A stretch of 64,000 nt of DNA from Promethearchaeota archaeon. Lineage in GTDB: Archaea; Asgardarchaeota; Lokiarchaeia; Sigyniarchaeales; SOKP01. The DNA lies in the NCBI GenBank assembly GCA_048937405.1, contig JBHLNF010000005.1:96001-160000 (forward strand), given 5' to 3'. Shown one piece after another: positions 29,644-40,163 of the stretch; position 1 is the first letter of the stretch, and every line of letters begins with the position of its first letter. Below the pieces are notes generated by a model. That model was not told the DNA's origin, did not search any database, and saw nothing but the letters and a program-made list of their open reading frames with translations. The position numbers and the translations under genes were made by a program.

Positions 29644-31070
29644 TAAATGATTTTAATCGATTTTGATCTATATAAGAATATTCCTAAGATTGGTAAAATA
29701 AGTTGATAATTCTTAACTAAAGTGTATATACTTTTAATCCACCATCTTGGATTTAGAAAGAGAATTTTATACAATTCTTTTATTTCTTTTTGTAGGTTAA
29801 GTTGGAATGGTTTATAATGATTCTTATCTAGAGGAATATCTGTGATTTTCTCTTTTAAACTTAAAATATCACTAGTCCAATTGTTTTTTATTGCTAAATC
29901 TGTAAATTCAGTTCCGTTCATTGCTAATATGATTGAAATCTGCATTAGTTCAGGTAATGTTAATTTCACAAAGTTTTTTGTTTCTTTAAGTGATCTTTTA
30001 TTTTCTCCAATATATCCCAATATCAAATTCAATTGTATAGGAATTCTCGCTTTTCTAGTCCCTCTTAAAGCTTTTATCGCTTGGTTAATCTTAATTGTTT
30101 TTTTCATATTATTTAAAATAGTTTGAGATCCTGATTCTATACCATAAGCAATCCCTATACAACCTGCCATCTTCATTATTTTTAAAAGTTTTTCATCAAC
30201 TAAGTCAACTCTAGTATCACAAAACCAATTAATTTTAAGATCCTCCTCTATCAACTTAATACAGAATTCGATTACTCTCTTTCGATTGATTGTGAATACT
30301 TGATCATAAAACCAAACGTATTTTATATTCCATAACTTTTTTAAAACTTTTAATTCTTTAACCATATCATCAGCTGAACGTCCACTATATAGAGTATTGG
30401 CATCGGGGCAATAAGCACAACTATAAGGACAGCCCTTACCTGCATAAATTAAAGCATAGGGTTTGATTAATGGAGTGTATAAATAATATGGTTTAAAAGA
30501 TTTGATTAAATCATAAGCAGGTATAGGTAATGTACTAAAATCTTTTGTTATTTTTAGGCTATTATTTACTATAAATTTATTTTTATTTACTCTAAAAGCG
30601 ATTCCTTCGAGTTTATTAAGATCTCCTTTTTTTTCTAAAATATCTATTAGATTCTCAATCACAGTAAAAGGATCATTAATTATTTGGATATCTAAATACG
30701 GAAATCCGGATAAAACTTCTGTTGGAGCATTTTTTGCAAACCAAGAATAACCTATGGTTATGCAAAGAGGGTTAATTTTTTTTACAATCTCACAGATCTT
30801 TAAATCATAACCTATTATCCATGAATTAAAAGTGAAAATTAAACAATCTGCATTCAAATGTTTTAATAAATTTCTTAAATAAAGATAATCTAAATTTAGA
30901 GCATTAGCATCAATAAAATCAATTTGATGGTTTTTAAATCTTAAAATGGAAGCTATGATCAATAATGTTGCTGGAGTATCAACACGGTAATTACAAACAA
31001 ATTCGCATCGCCCTTCACGGGTAACTGATGAACCTTTAAACTTTGGCAGATTTATAATTAATATATTCAT
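29643..31070 (-). CDS. B12-binding-domain radical SAM protein
   Basis: GKGCPYSCAYC (CxxxCxxC), FYDQVFT, TRVDLVD, GIESGSQ, ILGYIGE; N-terminal cobalamin-binding-like domain. Confidence 0.9.
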   Translation of the reverse strand: MNILIINLPKFKGSSVTREGRCEFVCNYRVDTPATLLIIASILRFKNHQIDFIDANALNLDYLYLRNLLKHLNADCLIFTFNSWIIGYDLKICEIVKKINPLCITIGYSWFAKNAPTEVLSGFPYLDIQIINDPFTVIENLIDILEKKGDLNKLEGIAFRVNKNKFIVNNSLKITKDFSTLPIPAYDLIKSFKPYYLYTPLIKPYALIYAGKGCPYSCAYCPDANTLYSGRSADDMVKELKVLKKLWNIKYVWFYDQVFTINRKRVIEFCIKLIEEDLKINWFCDTRVDLVDEKLLKIMKMAGCIGIAYGIESGSQTILNNMKKTIKINQAIKALRGTRKARIPIQLNLILGYIGENKRSLKETKNFVKLTLPELMQISIILAMNGTEFTDLAIKNNWTSDILSLKEKITDIPLDKNHYKPFQLNLQKEIKELYKILFLNPRWWIKSIYTLVKNYQLILPILGIFLYRSKSIKII

Positions 31071-31189
31071 ATCTAGAATTGTTATTAATACATGATAACA
31101 TATAGATCTTGATTTAAAACTATCTATTTATTTTACAAATTTATCACGATTAAAGTATAAAGAAAAATAGAATTAATTCAAAAAAATCA

Positions 31190-31837
31190 ATGTCATATTC
31201 TAATCAACCTTTAAAGAATAATTTGATCAGTAATTATACACATGCTATTTTAACTAAAAATTTTAGAGAATTTGGCAGTCAAGTTATAATTAATGAATTT
31301 AGCCAAGTTATTGGTATAATAACTCTGAATTTTTTTAGTTTAAATAAAACAATAGAAATTCAAGATATTATAAATAATAAAATTATAAAAATTGAAAGAG
31401 AAAAAAAACCATTTTATAAGAATCAAGTTTTAAGAGATAAAACTAATAATGAAATGGGTATAATAAAAAAAAAGAGATTTTTCTCTTTAATATTAAAAAT
31501 TAATGTAAAGGATAAGAGTCGAAAAAGAAAATATATATCAGTAGGTGATTTTAAAAACTACAATTACAAAATTAATAATGTCTCAGATAATAAAACAGTA
31601 GCAATGGTTAAAGATTTTAGTGAAAAGAATTCTATAGCTCAGAATTTAAATATAAATTTAAAAAACCATTTTTATATCGAATTCTTTAATTCTAATATTA
31701 ATAAATTCCTAATTATAAGCCTTGTAATTTCTATAAACAAAAAAGTATCAAAGGTTAATTCTCTATCGAATATAACTGGTTTAACACGAAGGATTGCTCG
31801 ATTACGTCCCATTGGGCCAGGAAAATCATTTAATTAA
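31190..31837 (+). CDS. LURP-one/scramblase (tubby-like) family protein
   Basis: Repeated beta-hairpins (MGIIKKKRFFS, VGDFKNYNYKI...TVAMVK, FYIEF) ending in a hydrophobic helix FLIISLVISI. Confidence 0.55.
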   Translation: MSYSNQPLKNNLISNYTHAILTKNFREFGSQVIINEFSQVIGIITLNFFSLNKTIEIQDIINNKIIKIEREKKPFYKNQVLRDKTNNEMGIIKKKRFFSLILKINVKDKSRKRKYISVGDFKNYNYKINNVSDNKTVAMVKDFSEKNSIAQNLNINLKNHFYIEFFNSNINKFLIISLVISINKKVSKVNSLSNITGLTRRIARLRPIGPGKSFN

Positions 31838-31890
31838 TATAATATTTATGAACTTAATTTTTTTTCTATCTGCATAATTTCTTTTGCTAA

Positions 31891-34413
31891 TTAATCAAAA
31901 TATGGAGCATAATGTACTGATAAATCTCCAAAATAAGAATAAGTAATATTAAATAATGTAATGTTATAAAATTTAGGCAATAAGATATTTTTAGTAAAAT
32001 CTGATTTATTTAAATAATATGAAATAAAGAACTGTGAAATCAAGAGATACTGAATCCTTTCACTTTTCAGATATTCAATTTTTTCGATACATTGAGTTTC
32101 ATTAAAATCTTCTTCAAAAATGTCATAAAAAAAGTATTGTCTCACAAACGTAATAGAGTCTGTACCAACTCCCATAAAAAAGTTATCTCCCACTAAAACA
32201 CCTGAATGAATTGGAATATTTTCTGAAATCCAGTTAAGGGTGGTAATTGCCGATTTTGAATATCTAAAACGAGTGCTGCCGTTAATGATTCCTGATATAA
32301 CAATCCCCGAGAAAGAAAATAGAATAAAACTTATAGCCATTATATTTTTTAGAATTGGGAATAAAAACTTATATTTTTGGGTAAACTTATAATTTTTCAA
32401 TTTATTTAAAAGTTCAAAAAATGCAATTGATGCAAAGATACTTAATGCAGGTATAGAATAAAACCAGATTCTATTAAACCAATAATCCATCATATTGATA
32501 TTTCTTTCAGAGATATCAGTTGGTTGTAAAGGATAATTTATGATATTCTCTATAAAAGTTAATGAAAAAGCAAGTAAAAAAGAAAATATCACCCATGAAA
32601 GTAAAACTAAGAATAAATTTTTAGATTTTTTATAACAATAATAACAGAAAAAAATCCCTAAAATCCCTATAAATCCCAAGTTTAGATATATTTTATCTAA
32701 ATAGAGAAAGAAGAAAGATTCATTACTTAAATTTATGTTTAAAATAAATTCCTCTAAAGAAATAATGAAAAGTTCAAGAATTAAGAAAATTGAAAATAAA
32801 AGTAATATTAGTTTGAAGAGAAATTTAAATAGAATATTATTCTTCTGCTCATTTTTTTCTCTTTTCTTAGAATTTTTAAATAGAACGAGATATAGACAAT
32901 AGAGTATTAAAAATAATACTATAAAGATTGGATATGTAATAATATATGGCGATTTAATTTTATCTAAAATAGATAAAAATTCAGGATTAAAAAAGTATGG
33001 AAATAATCGAAGTACCATATAACTTAAATAAAAATTCAATAATATATCAAAAAAAAGAAAAAAGATAATAAGAGAAAGCACAAAAAATAGGAAAAATCTG
33101 AATACATAGACTTTTTTTCTTTTTTCAGAGAATAAAGAATATAAGAAAAGAAAAACTAAACCGATCAAAAGAGGGAAAGCATAAGTCAAGAAACTTAATA
33201 TTAAAAAAAATGAACCCAATATGATGACTTTAAAGTCACTACTCTTCCAAAATCTTCTTATCTCAAAATTATCTATACTTTTGTTATTTGTTACTATAAA
33301 AAATAAAGCAATACTAATAAAAAATAAGAAATATGAATAGCTTTTAAATATAAAATGAAATTCACTAACGAAAATTAATCGTGAAATAAGAGGATAAGAA
33401 AATAATCCAGAAAACAACGCTATAACTATAGTAGAGAAAACTGCATATTGTTTTTTGAAATTAAATAATAGAGATTTCATAAAAAGATATACTGACGTAA
33501 TGAATAAATAATTAAAAGGTGCCAACAAGGTATTTACATTAATATAAGGTAATCCAGTTAAAACACCAATACCAAAAGAGATATATCCCCAGAAATTAGG
33601 ATAAAAGTCAATAAAGAGCGGATTAATCCCACTAACCCCAATAAGATTAGCATATTTAATACCATCCCAAGGATCTCCAGGAGGAAGATACTCCCAACCA
33701 CATTGAAATCCAATCGAAATAGTTGAAATTGCTAAAGCAAATAAAAGAACAAAAGCTGTATTTTTTGAGATGATAATTTGTGTTTTAGTTATATTCAAAT
33801 TTTTAAACCTGATTATTTGAAAAATAATATCTATGAAAAATAAGGTTAACATGACAAATAATAAACATATACTTATGGATTCTCTCAATAATCCAATCTG
33901 ATCAAAGATTATAACAAAAACACCAATAAACCCAAAAGAAATGAGAGGATATAAAGTTATTTTTAAAAAAAAAGGTTCAATAGCAAATTTCTTAGAAATT
34001 TCATTCTTTGGAAAAAAAATAGTATATAAATTAGATCCTGGTAAGAATGCACAGCTTATTATAAATACAATTGCTCTGAAATAATTTAATGGCAGAACAT
34101 ATTCCCAATTTATAAGTGAATTATTAGAAGTTATAGGAGGAATAAAAACAGATATAAACATTAGGATTAGAAGAATAAATTTGAAAGAATTTTCTGATAA
34201 AAATCTAAATTTATAATCAAGAGTATTATATTTCTTATGATTTGAATTTATATAGAGAAAAAAAGATGTAATAACTATAATAAAACCTAATAATAATATC
34301 AATGAAATTTCATATCCTCTCACTTTAATGTAAAATGAACTAAAGAGTAGAAATAAATAAATTGAAATTAAAATTATGATACCAACAGATTTAATGGTTA
34401 TTTTATTGTTCAA
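31891..34413 (-). CDS. Large polytopic membrane protein, probable GT-C-fold glycosyltransferase
   Basis: Many TM segments; FLPG, loop PPGDPWD...FYPNFW, late RIWFY motif, C-terminal soluble domain starting LNWISENIP. Same plan as 11148-13109. Confidence 0.55.
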   Translation of the reverse strand: MNNKITIKSVGIIILISIYLFLLFSSFYIKVRGYEISLILLLGFIIVITSFFLYINSNHKKYNTLDYKFRFLSENSFKFILLILMFISVFIPPITSNNSLINWEYVLPLNYFRAIVFIISCAFLPGSNLYTIFFPKNEISKKFAIEPFFLKITLYPLISFGFIGVFVIIFDQIGLLRESISICLLFVMLTLFFIDIIFQIIRFKNLNITKTQIIISKNTAFVLLFALAISTISIGFQCGWEYLPPGDPWDGIKYANLIGVSGINPLFIDFYPNFWGYISFGIGVLTGLPYINVNTLLAPFNYLFITSVYLFMKSLLFNFKKQYAVFSTIVIALFSGLFSYPLISRLIFVSEFHFIFKSYSYFLFFISIALFFIVTNNKSIDNFEIRRFWKSSDFKVIILGSFFLILSFLTYAFPLLIGLVFLFLYSLFSEKRKKVYVFRFFLFFVLSLIIFFLFFDILLNFYLSYMVLRLFPYFFNPEFLSILDKIKSPYIITYPIFIVLFLILYCLYLVLFKNSKKREKNEQKNNILFKFLFKLILLLFSIFLILELFIISLEEFILNINLSNESFFFLYLDKIYLNLGFIGILGIFFCYYCYKKSKNLFLVLLSWVIFSFLLAFSLTFIENIINYPLQPTDISERNINMMDYWFNRIWFYSIPALSIFASIAFFELLNKLKNYKFTQKYKFLFPILKNIMAISFILFSFSGIVISGIINGSTRFRYSKSAITTLNWISENIPIHSGVLVGDNFFMGVGTDSITFVRQYFFYDIFEEDFNETQCIEKIEYLKSERIQYLLISQFFISYYLNKSDFTKNILLPKFYNITLFNITYSYFGDLSVHYAPYFD

Positions 34414-34777
34414 TTCTACTCAAGAAAATTTGTTGGGATATATTATAAAAACCAAATTATGAATATAACTAAAAGATTTTGATTTAAGATAATGAAATTA
34501 TAATTTAACAACTTTTTGAGTAATTATATAAATTGCAATTCTAATTGAATTAAGCTGTTGTATTCAGAACATAATTAATAATTTTAATAATGACTATAAT
34601 ATAAAAAAATTAGTAACAATTAACGATATAATAAAATCAAATTTCGATTATTAATGCTAATCTCAATAAAAATGAAGATTTATTTTTTGTGTCAACTTAA
34701 TTTAACAAAAAACCTATAATTTTTGATAAGGTAAAATAAAAAAAAGATAAATATAAATTACACAGGATTAATATAAG

Positions 34778-35959
34778 ATGAATATCTTATTAATATCTCA
34801 TTTCTTCCCACCGCATAGAGGAGGAGTTGAAACTGCTAGTTATAATACTATGAGAAATTTAGCTAAATTAGGGCATAATGTTGTAGTATTAACAAGTAAA
34901 GATAGAGATATTAAGTGTAAAGTCGAAGAGAAAAATGGGTCATTAATTTATAGGTTCAAGTCATATTATCCACCAGAAATAAAAGGCTTAACTCAAAGTT
35001 CAAATCTAGGGATAATGCCTAAAGCTATATTAAAATTACCAAAAATTATAAAAAAACATAAAATTCATCTTATTCATGTTGAGGGCCGTTTCTTTCCAAT
35101 ATCTTTTATCTCCGCTTTTTTGAATCATTTTATTTTTAAAAAGCCAATACTGGTCACTGCTCAGGGAAGGTTAAGAGGAGGGATAACTAAATTTGTTGAA
35201 AGAATATTTGATAAAACCATTACCAGAACTGTTTATCAAAAAACAAACAAAATAATTTGTGTGAGTAATTCTCTAAAGCAATATTTATTAAAAGAAAATA
35301 TTAATGAAAGAAAATTAATAGTAATTCCAAATGGAGTCGATACTGATCTTTTTACTAGGATCAAAACTTCAGATATTTTAGATAAATATATTGAGACAAA
35401 AAAAGACTGTAGAAAAGTAATTTTTGTAGGGAGATTAGATAAACAGAAAGGAGTTGAATATTTACTAAAAGCTATACCAAAAATCATTAAGGAATATGAA
35501 AAATCACATTTTTTCATATTAGGAAATGGAATTTTAGAAATGAAATTAAAAAACCTTGTTGAAAAATTAGATATTAAATCATATGTTACGTTTCTAGATA
35601 TGGTACCTTTGGAAAAAATGCCTGAGTATTATTCTGCAGCTGAGATTTTTTGTTTACCTTCTATTCATGAAGGTTTTCCCTTAACTATTAGTGAGGCATT
35701 GTCAATTGGTCTTGTTATAGTAGCTTCAAATACTGAAGGTATTCCAGATGCAATATTGGAAGGAGAACACGGTTTTTTATTTGAACCTGGTAATGTATCT
35801 CAATTAGCTGAGAAAATTGTAATGGCTTTGAATCTAACGTCACAGGAAGCTAAAAGAATTTCTGAAAATAATACTAAGTTAGCAAAAGAAAAATATTCAT
35901 GGGAGATTATTGTTAAAAAACTATTAAATGTGTATAAAAGTTGTTTTAAGTACAGTTGA
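34778..35959 (+). CDS. Glycosyltransferase family 4
   Basis: FPPHRGGVE, IPNGVD, FVGRLDKQKG, PSIHEGFPLTISEA (EX7E). Confidence 0.95.
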   Translation: MNILLISHFFPPHRGGVETASYNTMRNLAKLGHNVVVLTSKDRDIKCKVEEKNGSLIYRFKSYYPPEIKGLTQSSNLGIMPKAILKLPKIIKKHKIHLIHVEGRFFPISFISAFLNHFIFKKPILVTAQGRLRGGITKFVERIFDKTITRTVYQKTNKIICVSNSLKQYLLKENINERKLIVIPNGVDTDLFTRIKTSDILDKYIETKKDCRKVIFVGRLDKQKGVEYLLKAIPKIIKEYEKSHFFILGNGILEMKLKNLVEKLDIKSYVTFLDMVPLEKMPEYYSAAEIFCLPSIHEGFPLTISEALSIGLVIVASNTEGIPDAILEGEHGFLFEPGNVSQLAEKIVMALNLTSQEAKRISENNTKLAKEKYSWEIIVKKLLNVYKSCFKYS

Positions 35960-36017
35960 TTTCTAATTCTTTTTTTAAATCTATATTAAAATACATAAAA
36001 AATAAAGAACTAGTAAA

Positions 36018-37211
36018 ATGAATATAATAAGAATAAGTACAAGAATTTTTCCTGATAAAGGTGGCCCCGCAAAACAATCATATCTCTTGTCCAAATATTG
36101 TTCTAAAATAAATATCCGTGCTTTTAATATTGCATGCATTCTATCAAGGAAATATTATAGAGACAAAAAAAAAGTTAATCAAAATTTTGAAATTCAATAT
36201 CTCCCATTTAAAGCACCAGGCGTTAACGCCAATGTATTGAAACATGGACTTTTTTTCTTCAAATTTATGTTTTATGGGATATTAAAAATGATTAAAATAA
36301 TCAGAAGAGAGAAAATTGACTTAATTCATGCTCATACTCCACCACCCTCTGGATTCATAGCTCTTATAATAAGTAAACTTTTCCGAATTCCATATTTTTA
36401 TACTTTACATGGATCACAAGTTCCAGTTAATTTCCTCTTAGATCTAGATTATAAATTATGCGTGAAAAATGCAAAAAAAACATTTATTGTTAATAGGCGT
36501 TTATTGAATTTAATTAAAAAAAAGTATGATTTTCACAATTTAGAATGGTTTCCAAATGGTATCGAAATTTCTAATAAGGGTGATTCAAAATTTAAACAAG
36601 AAAAATCCTTGATAATTAAAAAAATTGATTTGGAAAAATATTGTCAAAAAGAGGATTTTATTATTTCATATATTGGTTATATGATTTTTCGTCATAAAGT
36701 AAAAGGTATGATCGATTTTTTAGAAGGCTTCAAAAAATTTATAGATAAATTACCTTCAGCAGAAGAAAGATCTAAAATTAAGTTACTTTTTATTGGTGAT
36801 GGTGAATTCTCTTATTTATTAAAAAATAAGATTAATCAATTAAAATTAGATGATCAGGTCTTTGTTTTAGGAGAACGAAAAGATATTAAAAAGGTTTTAT
36901 TGATCACAGATTTATTAGGTCTAACTTCTTATATAGAAGGTTTTCCCAATGTAATTTTAGAAGCAATGGCATCAAATGTTCCTTGCTTAGCCACAAATGT
37001 AGGAGAAGTTAAACATATCATTGGAGAAACAGGATATATTGTTCAACCAGGTGATATTGTAAGTATAGGACAAAAATTAGGAAATTTTTACAATTTAACA
37101 GAAACTAAACGCAAAAAAATGGGAGAAAAGGCTTTTAATCGAGTAAGAAACTTATTTGATATAAAAATTATTATAAAGAAATTAAAAGACTATTACATCT
37201 CTGTTGATTGA
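36018..37211 (+). CDS. Glycosyltransferase family 4
   Basis: PDKGGP, IHAH, FPNGI, TSYIEGFPNVILEAMA. Confidence 0.93.
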   Translation: MNIIRISTRIFPDKGGPAKQSYLLSKYCSKINIRAFNIACILSRKYYRDKKKVNQNFEIQYLPFKAPGVNANVLKHGLFFFKFMFYGILKMIKIIRREKIDLIHAHTPPPSGFIALIISKLFRIPYFYTLHGSQVPVNFLLDLDYKLCVKNAKKTFIVNRRLLNLIKKKYDFHNLEWFPNGIEISNKGDSKFKQEKSLIIKKIDLEKYCQKEDFIISYIGYMIFRHKVKGMIDFLEGFKKFIDKLPSAEERSKIKLLFIGDGEFSYLLKNKINQLKLDDQVFVLGERKDIKKVLLITDLLGLTSYIEGFPNVILEAMASNVPCLATNVGEVKHIIGETGYIVQPGDIVSIGQKLGNFYNLTETKRKKMGEKAFNRVRNLFDIKIIIKKLKDYYISVD

Positions 37212-37340
37212 TTCTTTTTTTTACACTAGATTTTCAGTTATTTTTCAAATTCTTATAAATTTAGTGAAAAAATAATTATAATATGAATAATACTAAAACT
37301 TAATATCTCCTAAACAAAAAGGATTATTAGTCAAAATTTA

Positions 37341-38471
37341 TTGAATTCTATGAAAAAAAAGATTTTAATAGTGATTCCTTCATTGGAAATTGGTGGAGGA
37401 GCAGAGAGAGTTGCAGCTTCATTAACAAAAAAATTAGCAAAAAAGTATACTGTTTTTATAATTACATTTTATAATTTTCAAAAAACTTATCCATATGAGG
37501 GATTTTATCATTCTCTTAATCTAAAATTAAAGACTTGGCGCAGAATTTTCCTCCCTATTAACATTTTTAAAGTTATTCAACCAATTTCTCCGGATTTAAT
37601 AATTTCCTTTTTAGCCCACACGAATATCTTAATTATTTTAATAAAAATTTTATTTCGAATGAAGATACCATTAATCATATGTAATCATACTAATCTTAAA
37701 ATGGCATATAAAGATAGAAAAAAATATATAAATTTTTTTGTAAAAATATTATATCGATTAAATTGGATTAAAAAGATTATTACGATATCAAAGGAAAATC
37801 ACGCTTCTTTAGTAAATGATTACAATATAAAAAAGAGTTTAATAACAACAATTCATAATGGAATTGATCTCCAAGAGATCAGAGAATTAAGCAATGCTGA
37901 AGTAAATTACAGAGGAATATTTGAAAATAAAGAAATTATCAAATTTATCACAATTGGGAGATTACACGAATTAAAAAGACATAGAGATCTTATTATAGCG
38001 TTCTCTAGGGTTAAGTCTGAGATAATTAATGCAAAATTATTCATTATTGGAGATGGATCTTTAAGAAAAGAACTAGAAGAACTAATAAAACAAAAAGACT
38101 TAGAAAATGACATCATTTTACTAGGATTAGTAGAAAATCCATATAGTTATCTCTCAAAATCAGACATTTTTGTACTGTCCTCTAAATATGAAGTTTTTCC
38201 TATGGTTTTACTTGAAGCATTAGCATGTGGGCTTCCAATAATATCAACTAATTGTAAGACAGGGCCTCAAGAAATTCTAAACAACGGCCAATATGGAATC
38301 TTGACAAAAGTAATGGATTCTGATGAATTAGCTGAAAAAATGATTTATTTAGCTAAAAATGAAGACTTTAGAGAGAAGTATGCTAAGAAATCATTAGAAA
38401 GAGCTAAAATTTTTGATATTAATAATATTTCAGAAGAATGGTTCGATCTTATTGATTCCTATATTGGTTAA
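37341..38471 (+). CDS. Glycosyltransferase family 4 (PglJ/WabH-like)
   Basis: GGGAERV, IHNGID, IGRLHELK, SSKYEVFPMVLLEALACG, TNCKTGPQEIL. Confidence 0.93.
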   Translation: MNSMKKKILIVIPSLEIGGGAERVAASLTKKLAKKYTVFIITFYNFQKTYPYEGFYHSLNLKLKTWRRIFLPINIFKVIQPISPDLIISFLAHTNILIILIKILFRMKIPLIICNHTNLKMAYKDRKKYINFFVKILYRLNWIKKIITISKENHASLVNDYNIKKSLITTIHNGIDLQEIRELSNAEVNYRGIFENKEIIKFITIGRLHELKRHRDLIIAFSRVKSEIINAKLFIIGDGSLRKELEELIKQKDLENDIILLGLVENPYSYLSKSDIFVLSSKYEVFPMVLLEALACGLPIISTNCKTGPQEILNNGQYGILTKVMDSDELAEKMIYLAKNEDFREKYAKKSLERAKIFDINNISEEWFDLIDSYIG

Positions 38472-38690
38472 ACTGTTATATTAATAAATTTCTTCCTTTA
38501 TCTTAGCAGAGATTTCATTAAAAAAATTAATCCCAATTTATAACTTTTAAAGTTTGCCAGAAAATCATTTTATTTAACAAAAAACATGGATTTTGAAATA
38601 TAAAAACTAATGATCTCAACTTATTTGTATCATAAAATATTTTTTTTAATGATATAGTATTGATTTTTTATTGATCAAATAAATATAAAG

Positions 38691-39809
38691 ATGTATAAAA
38701 AATTAAAAATTTGCATTGTTTCACCGAGAATTTATTCACTATTCAATAACCAATGCAAAGTTCCTTATGGTGGAGCAGAAGTTCAATTATACTTACTATC
38801 TAAAGAATTTGTAAAAAACGAATTTATCAAATTGACAATAATTACAGGAGATTATGATTTAAAAAAAGCAAAAATAGAATATCATAATAATCTATTATTA
38901 TATATTACTCAACCTCTCTCTAAAAAATTTATAAATTTTTTAAAAAGACCTATTTTATTATTTCTTACATTAAAAAATATTAATCCAAACATAGTTATTC
39001 AAAGAGTTGGAGGTATTGAAACTGGAATCTGTGCTTTTTATGCGAAATTATTCAAAAAAAAGTTCATTTTTTCAATTGCTCATGAATATGATGTAATAAA
39101 AAATGGCAATATAGGCATATCTGGTTTCTTTTATAGATACGGATTAAAAAATGCTGATTTTATAGTAGCACAATCTAAAAGCCAAATTTCTAAATTAGAA
39201 TCATGGAGAAAAAAAAAAATTAATAATATTAAAGTTATAAAAAGTGGATATAGTATCTCCAATTTAGATATCAAAGAGAAGAATAATATTCTATGGGTAG
39301 GAAGAGCTGCTAAATGGAAAAGACCTGAATTATTTTTAAAGTTAGCAGAAAAGTTACCTAATGAACAATTCATCATAATATGTAATAAGAGTACGGATAT
39401 GGCATATTGGAATAAGATTTTTCTTGAATCAAAAGTTATGGAGAATATTGAATTCATAAAATATATCCCTTTCAATAATATTGAAGATTTTTTTAGAAAA
39501 GCCAAAATTTTTATTAGTACTTCACTTAAGGAAGGGTTTCCTAACACTTTTATTCAAGCCTTAAAGAATAGAACCCCTATTATTTCATTAAATGTAGATC
39601 CTGATAAATTTTTAACCAAAAATAAAATAGGATTTTTTTGTAACGATAATTTTATTGAGATGGTTAAAAATTTGAAATTACTGATAGAAAATCATGAATT
39701 ATATGAAAATTACTCTTTAAACGCATTATTATATGTTCAAAAACACCATGATATTAGTATAATTGGAAATAAATGGATTAAATTGATTTTAGGAATAAAT
39801 AAATCCTAA
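38691..39809 (+). CDS. Glycosyltransferase family 4
   Basis: YGGAEVQ, LWVGR..WKRPE, STSLKEGFPNTFIQA. Confidence 0.9.
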   Translation: MYKKLKICIVSPRIYSLFNNQCKVPYGGAEVQLYLLSKEFVKNEFIKLTIITGDYDLKKAKIEYHNNLLLYITQPLSKKFINFLKRPILLFLTLKNINPNIVIQRVGGIETGICAFYAKLFKKKFIFSIAHEYDVIKNGNIGISGFFYRYGLKNADFIVAQSKSQISKLESWRKKKINNIKVIKSGYSISNLDIKEKNNILWVGRAAKWKRPELFLKLAEKLPNEQFIIICNKSTDMAYWNKIFLESKVMENIEFIKYIPFNNIEDFFRKAKIFISTSLKEGFPNTFIQALKNRTPIISLNVDPDKFLTKNKIGFFCNDNFIEMVKNLKLLIENHELYENYSLNALLYVQKHHDISIIGNKWIKLILGINKS

Positions 39810-40163
39810 AATTGTTAAAGTCAATAATTAAGGAAATTAGAGTTTGATTAAAAATAATTAATGAACTATATTTATTAGTTAAACTTAATACTTTTAAGAA
39901 GTAAAATCTAATAAGGCTAATTTTCTAATAGTTCAATTTAGTATAATTGAAATCTCGTGTATCAAATAACTTTTTTAGGAGATGCATTATCTCTTAATAG
40001 AGAAAAATAAAGTAATGTTTACTTATAGAAAAATCTATGATAGGTGTTGAAAAAATATATTTAAATTTGTTTAAATAATATAAACAGATAAATATCTCGT
40101 ATATACTTTTTAAAACCGCTTTTTTAAGGAGAAAAGAATTTATCTGTAAAATATAGATAATTT

